Below are positions 41,022 to 52,379 of a stretch of DNA of 64,000 nucleotides, piece after piece. The DNA comes from Tricharina praecox (lineage: Eukaryota), in assembly GCF_024521635.1 (NCBI RefSeq), contig NW_026250415.1:124001-188000 (forward strand). The letters are read 5' to 3'. The notes beneath the pieces were generated by a model, which saw only the letters and a program-made list of their open reading frames with translations, was not told the origin of the DNA and did no database searches. The translations under genes were made by a program, and so were the position numbers. How positions within the stretch are numbered: position 1 is the stretch's first letter; every line of letters begins with the position of its first letter.

Positions 41022-44000
41022 ATGGCACCGATGATGATCACCTTTCTTCTCTTGCTTGTGATTCCCTCGGGATCGGTCGTGGCGGCGGCGGACGACGGCG
41101 ATGACATGTCGAATAACCTGTTCTCTGATTTGGCGCCGTATGTAACTCCACGGGAGGCCGAGACCCCGCGTTCTGTCTTTGTACTGAGGTTCGGCCATGA
41201 TAACTAGGCTACTGACGCTCTTCGGCGAGCAGTTTGCAAAGCAATACTTGAGCCAGTCGAGTATGTTGACACTCCACCTATCGTTCGGTTTATCCTCGGG
41301 CGTGTAGTGATCCGATAGACTGACCAGCCAACGCCGGAAAGTGAATTGGCTTGACAATGTCATATTCGCGATGGCACCCTTAGGAATCATTACGGCTATC
41401 GTTGGCGCAATCCGGGTCGGCGGCCCCTCGTGGTTGAAAGCACTGATCGGAAGGGCTCGCGAGAACCGCGCAACCGTCGAGGTGGAATTGATGTCCTCAA
41501 CCTCACACGAGGTGTGCGAGCTCTGGAACGGGCAAGGCATTATCAGGACGATGGGAAGACCGGAGATTAAGCAGATAATATATCTCAAATCCGCGGACGG
41601 CACCGACACGGGGGAGACATTCGGGCTACATACTGTGGAGAGTGCGATGCAAGCCGGTCATCTCGAAGCCAGAGGTATGCGTTCCAGAACATCTGATGGC
41701 TTTTGCCGCCAGTGCCCAGTGACTTCCGCAATTCGCTGACAAGTGTTCCCAGAGGATGGTATCTTGGCCACACCCAGCATGCTTCCAGTGAAACGAAATT
41801 CTCCAACCGAGGACTTGGAGCAGAACAGTCCAGCACCGGATCTCAACAACGTACGACTGGCTTCCAATATAGGAGGCCCCCAGGCAGCCCCAAGCATTTC
41901 GCTGAACCTCCACGGCGGCAATAAGGTCAGCGAACTGTATGCTGCGGCGATTTGCGGTCTAGTTCTCCAAGTCGGCGTGCTATTCTATTGTGGAGCTCTA
42001 GTCTACCTTCCGGCCCTTCTCGAGAAACTACCAAAGGACGGCGTTGGATCATGGCCATTTCCGGTTCTGGCCACCGGGACCATCGCTCTCTTTATCGGCA
42101 TGTTCCTCTGCTCGGGCATTGTGGAGAAAAGCACCAAGGAGACGGCATTCATGCTAAAGCACCATGATGATACTCCGGTAAAGCAACCCAGGGATTCTCT
42201 GCCTACTGCAGCTGCCCAGACCGGAGGACGGGATGATGATGATGCTTCGATAGATCAACCCGGGGATTCTCTGCCTACTGCAGCTGCCCAGACCGGAGGA
42301 CAGGATGATAATGATGCTTCGGTAGATCAACCCGGGGATTCTCAGCCTGCTGCACCCGTCCAGACCGGAGAACTAGATAATGATGATGCTTCGGTAAATC
42401 AAGCCGGGCATTCTCTGCCTGCTGCACCCGCCCAGACTCAGACCGGAAACCAAGAACTGAAAACTCCGGCGAAGGCTCCAGCGAAGCAGCCCGAAACCGT
42501 CCGCATACTATGGTTGCAGACATCGCACATAGTCAGTGACCAGACGTTTGACTCATTCGTCATTTTCGGGAAGCACGAGTCTGACCGCATTCTAACGTCC
42601 CGAAGGGACAATGACCTCGATCGTACGAAAATCTCCCGCAAGACCTCAAATGACTCGGACCCGAATATACCTAGTAGCCCCCCGAAGGGGTTATGGGACT
42701 GGGTTAGACGCAAAGCACAGTGGATCGCCTCTTTCGAAAATGTGACCGTCTTTGGAACATCTTTTGGACTGGCCGGTTTTGTTCTTCAGTTTCAGGGTCT
42801 CCGCGGTATGAACTGGTCGGCTTCGATCGCTCAGCTTATAGCCGTTTCTCTCATGACGGTCTGGCGTGCGTGGCTCCGTCGGTATCTCACCGAGACTCCG
42901 ATCCCCAGGCAGGTTCCTGCCCAGCATGAAATGGATTGGCTAGCATTGTGGATGGCAAAGAAACTTGGAGACGACGAAAGTGGAGGCATCCATTGGCCGG
43001 CGGACGACGAAGTACTTGGATGAGAAGCCGAGGAACTGAAGGAGCGTCTGCAGCGAGACTTCGTCCAAGAGCAACGCGAATTGCAATCGGTTCATTCTGG
43101 AGGTGAACCGGGTGGACCTAGTTTGCCAGCCCATGCTGAGACTGACTTTACCCCCCCGCCGGCGGAGCGATTGATTTGGAAGATTCCCACAGATGCCCGA
43201 AATTTAGCGTACTGCGGGGAATACAGCGTGCGCGACACAAATCGATCCTTCATGGAGATGGATCCACCAACCGAGTACACAGACGCACAACGCGCCATGA
43301 AAGTACGGCAGAGATTGGGGCAGCTCACAAGATGGCCGGGACAAGCAATAGAACCTTCGGTTGCTGTCGCGAGAGCTATCGGCGTGACCTTAGATACGCT
43401 ATTCCCACACGATCACATCGGTGCCGATACGAATGTTAAAAACGTGGCCGAGAAGTTCTCATGGTTTCTGAAAGTTCAACTTCACGATAAAAAAGCCGAA
43501 AAATTTGAAAGGATCGAGTTTCATGCTTACAAAAGCCCCGGGGGAAGGTGGAAAGCTGATGGTGCGGAGATAGAGGCAGCGGTGTCTCTGTGGCTTTTTC
43601 ATATCCACGAGATGCGCGCTATCTCGCTTCAGGAGATGGTTTCTAAGGGAGAGGCAGCGAAAGGGTCTGGGACAGAGAATGATTGGCTTGAGAAAGACGT
43701 GGAGTTGAGCCAGAAAATTGTTCGGCTGCTAGGTCCAGGTGATACCAGTCTGCGGAGAGACATTGGCTGGTGGATCGGCAATGATGTCGGACTTGCTCTC
43801 CACTTAGGCGGGCTTCCCCGCGATGAAATCGTCGGCACCAAAGATACCCCAAAAGGATTTCCTGGATTCTCGGGACCGATCGGGTTTCTTGGATTGGAAT
43901 CTGAAGAGCAATCTATAAACATAGGTAAGTTTAGCAACGTCCGGAGTCATCTGATCATGGGACTGACAATACTCGTTTAGATCCGGGGCAATCCGTTCTC

Positions 44001-47000
44001 ACCGTTAACTCAGATGGATTGCTTGAGACTTTACTGGCGCAGCACATCTTCTCGGCTTTCATGTGGTCGATTGCGAAGGACGAGCGAATCAACTTTAAGG
44101 ACGACACTTCTGTTGTGTCCTTCAGCGAATACAGGATGGAAGACCCTGACACACTACTATCGTTGAGGCTCGAAAACAAAATACTTGCGGGGATGGCCAA
44201 AAACATACAAGCAACGGGGTTGTGCAGTTTGCAGGAAGCATACCTGTCCATCGTTCCGCCACTGAGTTACGCCAAAAGGCTACCAATCCGGTCTATGGTC
44301 GACTTTGTGAGGCAACAGATGAAGGGCCCAGAGTTGCTGGGGCTTTGGGAAAATGTGGTGCCGGTGTACTTACGACTTTATCAAGAATGCAAGACTTTTG
44401 GTGAAGGGCATCCGGTTTCCTTGCAGGCGACTGCTATCTTGATAGATGTGTTCCTGTCTGTCGCCGACCACTTGAGCCTACGCCGATCCCAACAAACACT
44501 GGACGGCATCGAAAATTTACAGGAGCTACAACATGCGATGTGGAAGGAGTTGAACCCCAACCAAGAGCCCGCGGTTCATCCGCCTCTATCCGGTTATCGA
44601 GTCATTCATCGCTTCGCATTTTTATACAAGGTCCAGCAACGACTGGATGTAGGGGCATGGCAGAGTTTGGGACTGCACTCTGCCTCAGTGAGTAGCCAAG
44701 CGTGGTTAGATGAGCAGGCACGACGTCGGCAGCAACAGCGAGGCGATCAAAGGTCTCGTGGATCCCCCGAAGGCGTATACGAGTTGTTCGAACCCTCACC
44801 TTTTTTTGCAAAGATTATTGAGATTCATTGGCATGAACTACGTGTCTCTACAATCACAGCCGACGCGACAAATGTGAATGCAACCGATATCCTGGGATGG
44901 TCCCCGATTCACTATGCCGCAATGCTGCGAGATACGATGACTATACAGAAATTATTGCAGCTTGGTGCAGATCCGAACTCCGTCGACGTGTCTGGAAGGA
45001 CGCCTTTATATTATGCTGTCGCAAATTGGAATCGTGAGGAACACGAGGTAGAAGAAGACGAGGATGATGGAGAGGATATATGGGCCCTTATAAGAGCTGG
45101 GGCAGATCTGGAGATTTGTGGGAGGGATGGAAGGGGATCCCTTCATTGCGCAGTCATGAATGGGAATGCCGTGGCGACGAACCTACTCCTTCAGGCTGGT
45201 GCGAACATCGAAGTGGCAGACAATTTTCGACAGAAGCCAATACACTGGGCCGCGTACAGCGGAGATGGGGATGTGATTGATATTCTGTTAAGGAAGGGTG
45301 TCTATGTTGGAGCTCGGGACGGATACGGACGAACTGCCTTACACCTAGCCGCAGTGACCGGACAGGCCGATGTGGTAACGCAGCTATTAGAGTTGGAAGA
45401 TGTCGAAAATGACCCGAGAGACCGAGCCGGAAGAACTCCATTGCACTTAGCGGTACTATCCGGAGACTTTCCGACCGTCAAAGCTTTACTTAGTGCCGAT
45501 GTTGATAAGGAAGCGAAAGACCGAGACAAGAACAATCCCCTGCACTTTGCAAGTGCATGCGGACACAAATCCATCGTCAGAATTCTCCTGAAACGTGGTA
45601 GCTTAATCGAAGCCCAAAACCGCGAAGGATCAACGGCATTGCACATGGCGGTTCGGAATGGCCAGCTTGATACCGTGAGGTTTCTCCTCACCCGTCATGC
45701 CGAGATTGAACTCAAAGATGAGGTTGGATATACTGTACTTCAACACGCAGCCTCTACGGGAAACGTCGCTATGGTTCAGTTGCTCCTGAAAATGCGTGCC
45801 AAAGTCAATACCTCGGGAAAAATTAGAACACAGGGAGGGGCGAGGCTCACCGGCAACACCAAATTCAACTTCTGCTGTACACCCCTCACGGCAGCGGCTG
45901 CAGGAGGTCATGGCAAGATAGTCCGGTTACTCTTGGAAGCTGAGGCCGAAGTCAATGCCCCAGGCGACATCGCAATCTCGGGCAGAATCAGGGTCGCCGG
46001 CAATGCCAGGGTTAGCGTCTACACTGGAGCACTCTCGGCAGCCGTTGGGGGCGGATATACGGAGATTGTCCAGATGCTTTTGGATGCTGGAGCAAAAGCC
46101 ACCGGAAACCCCGCAGATCGCATCGAAATCAATCGCGGGATCACCGCCATCGGCGCAGCCGAAATTAACGTCGATTATACTACACTCGATATTCACGGCA
46201 GTGTGGAAATTGGCGGCAATGCCGTTCTCAACGCCTACCATGGAGCACTTTCTGCTGCAGTTGGAGGCGGTCATAGCGAAATCGTCCAGTTACTCTTGAA
46301 TAATGGAGCCGAAGCCAATGGTTATCCCCCGGGCGGCATAGAAATCCATGGCACGATCAGTGGCTCCGGAAATGCAATACTCAACATTGACTATGCGAGT
46401 GTGCAAATTCATGGATCCTTTGTAGTCGACAACAACTTCACGATTAACACCTACCGTGGAGTACTCTCGGTAGCGGCTGCAAGAGGCCTTAGTGATATTA
46501 TCCAGTTACTCTTGGATGCCGGAGCTGAAGTCGATGGCCATCCTCCGGGCAGCATAGAAACCCATGGCGCGTTCGTTGGCTCCGGCAATGCAACATTCAA
46601 CCTCGACTGTGCTAGTATCTCGAGGAGTGGAGCGAGTACGGTCAATGAAAACGCTACGTGCAACACCTACCGTGGAGCATGCGCGATAGCGGCCGCACGA
46701 GGTCATGATGATATAGTCCAGTCGTTCATAAAGGCCAGAGCCGCACGCAAGTCCATAGCCACCGCCCCCATAAGCTCCATCGCAGGCGCAACCCAAGCAG
46801 CCATAACCAACGGTCCCGACGAAATAACTCAGCCGTTACATGCCAACGAGATGGACGAGGGCCAGGAAGAAGACGACAACGTAGGACCTAGTGGGGGGAC
46901 TGGAGATGAGGTGGATGGCACGGAGGAGGAGGGGGGGGGGAAGGGGAATGAAGGGGAGGGGGAGGAGGCGGAGGGGGTGGTGGTGGCCAAGGAGGGAGAG

Positions 47001-47030
47001 AGAGCTGAGAGAGATGCAGCGGCGACGTAG
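41022..47030 (+). CDS. Large (~1900 aa) membrane-anchored ankyrin-repeat protein; exons 41022-41137, 41208-41260, 41342-41674, 41753-43924, 43981-47030; internal TGA at 43021-43023
   Basis: Signal-like N-terminus and the fungal motif NNLFSDLAPLLTLFGE...FAMAPLGIITAIVGAIRVGG...ELMSSTS..VCELWNG. Several hydrophobic segments and many ankyrin repeats (GRTPLHLA type). Spliced length 5724 nt is in frame. Confidence 0.85.
42165..42450 (+). repeat. 72-bp (24-aa) coding tandem repeat, ~4 copies, inside the ankyrin gene
   Basis: QPxDSLPTAAAQTGG(R/Q)DDxDASxD-type units start at 42184, 42256, 42328 and 42400. Confidence 0.9.
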
Positions 47031-47216
47031 CTGTGCAAAGCAGCGCAAGAGGTGGGGATGTGGCGAGGGAGATCTATGTTCGAATGTGGAGGAGGAGGCA
47101 TGAAGGCAAAGGCAATGATTCAGTTAAGACGATTTAGCGTATTCTAAAATCTGACACTGATGAGTGAGCTTCGCGGGAGAGTTCGAGTATTCTACAATAA
47201 CACTGGTAACTACCTA

Positions 47217-48749
47217 CCCTTGTAAAAAAAAGGGGGGGGTATTTTTAACGGTGGAGCGACTGTTGTGCCATTATTTTGTTTTCAAACCCGTAGGAAAAGT
47301 AAATACCACATCGTGATAGTTGAGAATCTCACACATGTCCACTTATTGACCCATAGAAGCAATTCAAAACATTGTACAGTCCGTGTTGGATACAGAGACG
47401 TGTCGCTAGTTTATAACGAAGGGAGGGGATATACAGTTCACAGGCTTTTCCCGTGAAAATTGGGAGCCGTAGTACAAGTGATCCTGCTTATAGACAAGGA
47501 ACTGGCCAGAAATTCCCTCTGTAGTTAAAACAAAGCGTTTAAGTGTATTAAAACGTTGCAGCAGCGTTTTCTTGGCATTTTCTTGGCATTTTCGAACTGT
47601 TGAAACTATATCAGAGATGAAACTGGGCTCGAGTTTTCTCGCTTATGCAGCATTTTTCACATTGGTCTTGAAGCACTAAGCACATGGATTTCTATTCTAC
47701 TAGTACTACATACGAGGCCAGCGGCCAGTATCCACGGCGGCCAGTATCCAGTATCCAGTATCCAGTATCCAGTGTCCAGTATCCAGTATCAAACTATACA
47801 CGGCGGCCAGTATCTGCAGCGGCTAGACAAGTATTACTGCAAGGTGAGCTACCTATAAGAAACATGAGCTATTAGCGAGAGAAGCTATCGGGGAAAGGAG
47901 GAGCTGCGGTGAGAGTAGAGTTGCGGCGGGAGGGGGAATAGCATTTGTGGCGGGAGGGGGAGTTGTGGCGGGGGAGGAGAGCTATGAGACTGAGGTGCTA
48001 TCAGCGGCAGTAGTAGTTGCGGCGGGCGGGGGAATAGCAGTGGCGGAGGGGGAGGAGTTGCGGCGGGGGAGGAGGTGCTGGGGGAGGAGCTGCGGTGGGG
48101 GAGGAGTTGCGGCGGGGGAGAAGGTGCGGCAGGAGAGGAGTTGCGGTGGAGGAGTGCTTCAACATTCACTATCCCTATCTAGGCGGGCCAAACGTTTCGA
48201 CTCTTTCACTACTATTATTGCGGCCGATTGCAGCTACCGCAGTTCCTACATCACCCCTTGACTCAGTCATTCCTGTTCGATGACTAGAGTCATTTTTCAT
48301 CCCCACTCCCACCAAACTCCCATTACTCCCTCCCGTGGCAGCTCACCCATCGCTCCCCCACACCGGAAAACAGTAGAAAAATGCCAAGAAAACGTTTAAA
48401 TTGTCGAAACGTGACGACAACGGTAGAAAAATACCAAAAAAACGCTCAAGTGAGCACCAACCATATATCTCGTACTTGTGTTTTTATATTTCCACCAATT
48501 CCTGTTTATTTAGGCGTTAGATCAACGTATTACAAGCTCACATATTGTCTAGCTTTATGCCGAGTTTACAATTTAAAATGGGTGTACTGTCTATCATCAT
48601 TTTAATTCCGCATCGGTTTTACGTTGCTCATATTATTCTAGATGCAATAGTTGCGCAATACCGCGGGGCCGCTTGTGAAATCTAATGATCGCGCAACCAT
48701 TTCCCCACCCACTGCTCACGTTTAAACCCCCCCCTTTTTTTTACAAGGG
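47217..48749. mobile_element. Non-autonomous DNA transposon (1533 bp) with TIRs CCCTTGTAAAAAAAAGGGGGGGG
   Basis: Left TIR from 47217, reverse complement ending at 48749. Flanked by TA on both sides (extendable to TACCTA). No transposase ORF. Confidence 0.85.
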
Positions 48750-49236
48750 TACCTATACGACTTGAGATCGAAAAGGTGCCTTCGGAGGCGCCCTGATCAC
48801 TTAAGTTATTATTGAGTACAAAATGCCTACTGTATCTACACCCGAGTGAGTGTAGAGTGGGTTAAGGAGAATATACGGAAATGATAAAGTTAATGAAATC
48901 TACCCGCCCGTCGTCCTCCTTGTTTACCACTCCCTCCGCCTCCTCCGTTGCTTCCTTCTCTACCTGAGCCAAGAATGCGGCAGATTGTTTGTTGGTAATC
49001 TGCCACTTCTAGAACCACGATATTGTCTTTGGAAACTCCTTAGCCGATATGCGGTGTCCGAGCGGTGCACAAGTATTCTGCTCTGATTATTGGTGGACCC
49101 TAACCCTGACTGTGGGTGAGATTTGATACAGCTGCGCATTTCAGTAATGTTTTTGAAGCCAGTTGACACGCTCCAACGTGCGCGCTCTATGAACATCATG
49201 GAAGATACAAGTTAAGTGCTCCATCTACTTTTTCTA

Positions 49237-49310
49237 CTGTATAGTGAATGGGGGGGGGGGGGGTAAAAAAAGCATATCCTTCACCCCCCCCCCCCCCATT
49301 CACTATACAG
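49237..49310. mobile_element. 74-bp mini-MITE / solo TIR hairpin with TA flanks
   Basis: CTGTATAGTGAAT(G)14T ... A(C)14ATTCACTATACAG form a perfect ~28-bp inverted repeat with an 18-nt spacer; TA on both sides. Confidence 0.8.
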
Positions 49311-49432
49311 TAGGTAAAGTACGGTAAACTCGAGAAACCAAAACGCAAATTCAACTCCACCACCGCCCCCTATCACCGTAGCTGCCCGCCACCCCACTCC
49401 TCCCACCGTGCCCAACCGCGCGATCGACACCC

Positions 49433-49936
49433 TTAATGATGGACGCTCCGCTTGTGCTTATCCCACGTGCTCTTCCTCGCAAAGGACTTGTAGCAGTGGG
49501 GAAAGGTGCACGCGAAGCGCACCCACGGCACGTGCACGTCCATGTGCTCGACGAGATGACTGCGTTTCGAGCAGAGGCGTTTGCAGTTCGCCGTAGAAGA
49601 CGTCCACTGGCAGGCGAGGGTGTTGGTTTTGCTGACGCTCTTCGTGGGGTCGGTCGGCGGGATGCGCCTCGCGTGGCTGTTCTTTGCGTGCAGGTTAAGC
49701 TCGGCGATCGTCGGGAACTGCTGGTCGCAGTTGTTCCAGCCGCACGAGAGAACGGGTTGCACAGTGCTGGTGCTGGTAAAATTTGGAAGTCCGTGGAAGA
49801 AACGCGGCGGCGGCGGTGAAGGCGGCGGCGGAGGCGGAGGGGGTCTTTGGTCCTGGTGGGGATTTGGGAGGAAAAGACCCACGCCGGCAGGATGGGGGGG
49901 TACCCCGTAGGGCGTGCAAAAGATATCAGGGTCCAT
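49433..49936 (-). CDS. Small three-C2H2 zinc-finger protein resembling the PacC/Rim101 DNA-binding domain only (167 aa)
   Basis: CGWNNC...HAKNSH; TNTLACQW...KRSHLVEHMDVHVP; CTFPHCYKSF...HKRSVH. Compare PacC TNNLNLTCQW...KRDHITSHIRVHVP. Confidence 0.75.
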   Translation of the reverse strand: MDPDIFCTPYGVPPHPAGVGLFLPNPHQDQRPPPPPPPPSPPPPRFFHGLPNFTSTSTVQPVLSCGWNNCDQQFPTIAELNLHAKNSHARRIPPTDPTKSVSKTNTLACQWTSSTANCKRLCSKRSHLVEHMDVHVPWVRFACTFPHCYKSFARKSTWDKHKRSVHH

Positions 49937-52298
49937 GGCTGTCAGTTGAAACTCGAGGGAATGGTTTCCTTAAGAAGTGAAAGAAGAAGCTAATTATCAT
50001 GGTCCATGGCTGTCGGTCAAAACTTGAGCGGATGGTTTCTTTACGAAGTAAAAGAAGAAGCTACATGAATTATCCCTGGTAAAGTTTTCCCAACGTTTCA
50101 ACGTCTCGTAGAATTCACGGTGCGCAATCAGGGCTTTACCAGTTTGTTGAGAGGGATGAACCTATTGGAAAGATTTTCGCGTGATGCTTTGGGGACCGTG
50201 AGAGTACCAAGTTAGTATACTCCGATTCAACTGGTTCGTCAGTGACATACCTATACAACGGCGTGGGACCCGCAACCGGTGCACCGCTTCAATCGCATCA
50301 TCAAATATCATTGTACCATATCTATGGCGGTTATGTATTAAAGTCGAGGCACGTGAGCCGGCAGATATCGGTGGGATCCTTTAGCGGGTGAATTAGGTTA
50401 GCCTTTTCCCCATGCAAATGTATATACCCCACAGGCAACCTAAAGGATATGAGCTGCTGCAAGAATGTGAGGAAACTATCTTCAATCATTCTATTTCCTT
50501 CTGATCCGCGAAGCTCGTCTGATACCAAGCTCTTTCACCTCGTTCGATATGTTGGTGTAGGATATGTGGGAGAGGAGCGTACCCCAACAGTTTGTGGGGC
50601 CTTTCGACCAGAAATCCCGAAAGAGGTGGCGTCATCCGACTGCATAAGGTCACGCCAGAGTGATATTTCACGACGACGGTCCGTATTTCAGCAGTTTAAC
50701 TTGTCATCCGGACACGTGGGTGAGGTGTGTGCGGGGGAAGACTTACCATTAAAAGCGTATATATGAGCCATCACTGTGAAGTGCTAGCGCATTTAAGGAG
50801 TATAAAGCTTAACTCTATCTCCACCTCTGTTTCCCAATAAAACCCCTGAAAACCCTATGCTTCGGTGGTGTATTTTTCAGCCGATTGCTTATGAAGCTCA
50901 GCATTATATTATAATAGTGATTGTGTGTCCGAAATATCCTCTGCATTTCCTCTCCTGCGTCGTCTTCCTTATACACTAATGCTACATCTCCGCCGTTTGT
51001 AGACCGCCGGCATCGCCGAAATGCGGAAACACAGGTTCGAGGTGCACCATCTTTAACCTTCGCGGCACATACCTACCTATCCGGTACTTCCGCCAGTCAT
51101 CTAAAGAACTGTCCGGCGAACGAAAATCAAGGCCGCCCCACGGGGCCCCGCAGACTATTCCATTAGAGCAATCCTCGGAAGTTTCTTTCTACCGAGGCCA
51201 CGCACACCACTGGCTGGAGCTGCCTACCCGACCGCATGGGCACCCGGGCTTCCGGGCAATGGAGATTGTTTCGGTACATCCGCCAATCCGACCGATGAGA
51301 TATTCGCACGTCTCGTCACTCGAGGGCCGAGCTGCACGTCCGTTTCGCGGTCTGGTGGCAGGCAGCGAGACCTGAACCATTACAGCACCAGGCCCACCAC
51401 CACGGTGTCGGTCTACCAAGGCGCAGTACAGATCAACGGTTCGTCGGTCGGGATCTATCCCGACCAGTCTAGTGCATACCTAAAAGTGGTCTGGCTTGGT
51501 CTATGTAGAGTAGAACACTGCCTCCCATACGCACATGCCACCGGCGCAAGATCAAGCTCAAGCTCAAGCTTAAGCACCACCACCACAGCTACCGCGGGCG
51601 AAGCTGGCATGAACTGCCGCCTCGGCCCTCAATTGCCGTAGCCACTGTACCGACTAGATCGCCACTTGCCGTGGTCGCCGGCACGCAGGACTTTCCGGTT
51701 CGACTGCGATCCATCTACCACTGATAGTCTGATGCCGTTCCCCTCCCCTCCCCTCCTAGCGAAGCCCTCAAGTTCCCCCCGTTGACTGCGCACACCTCCG
51801 GGCGAGAAAAACGTTTAACATTCTGCCTCCATCAGCAGCTTCAGGCCCCCAGTTGATACAAGCCAGAACAATTCGCTGGATGCAAGTGCACCCTGATACA
51901 TGGAAGGGCTTGGCGGCTAGTCTACCGGCACTCGTTTCAGTTCGCATTGCATCGCTTGGGTAGTTTCCGCGAAAGACATGCTTACTTCTTATCTGATAGA
52001 ATGATAGTCATGGAATGTGGAGGAAGCCACTCAATCAAGATTCACAGCTCTGGTGCGCACACTCGACTATACCTGTACTCCCATCGGCGCCAGCGGAATC
52101 GTCCATTCTAAATTCTAACTTCTAAATCGCAGCCAGCAGCCGGCCTCACCTTGCAGATTGCAACATTCGCCGAGTGCAAAGCCTTCTGCCACCGAGTGAT
52201 ATCGCATGAATCATGCACGAGTCCACATATCTCCATACATTTCCACCTTCTCATAACATTAGGCTGGATAATCTACAGTGAAAAGCCGCACATCTACA

Positions 52299-52379
52299 GA
52301 TTCAGTAGTGTAGGGGTATCATGGGCGCTTGCCATCAAGCATTCTGCGCCCGACCCGGGTTCAAATCCCGGCTGAATCA
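52299..52379 (+). tRNA. tRNA with GCC anticodon (nominally Gly), ~10-nt intron at 52335-52344
   Basis: Acceptor GATTCAG/CTGAATC plus A73; D arm GTG..CAT; anticodon stem GGCGC/GCGCC; T arm CCGGG-TTCAAAT-CCCGG; T-rich terminator follows. Confidence 0.9.
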
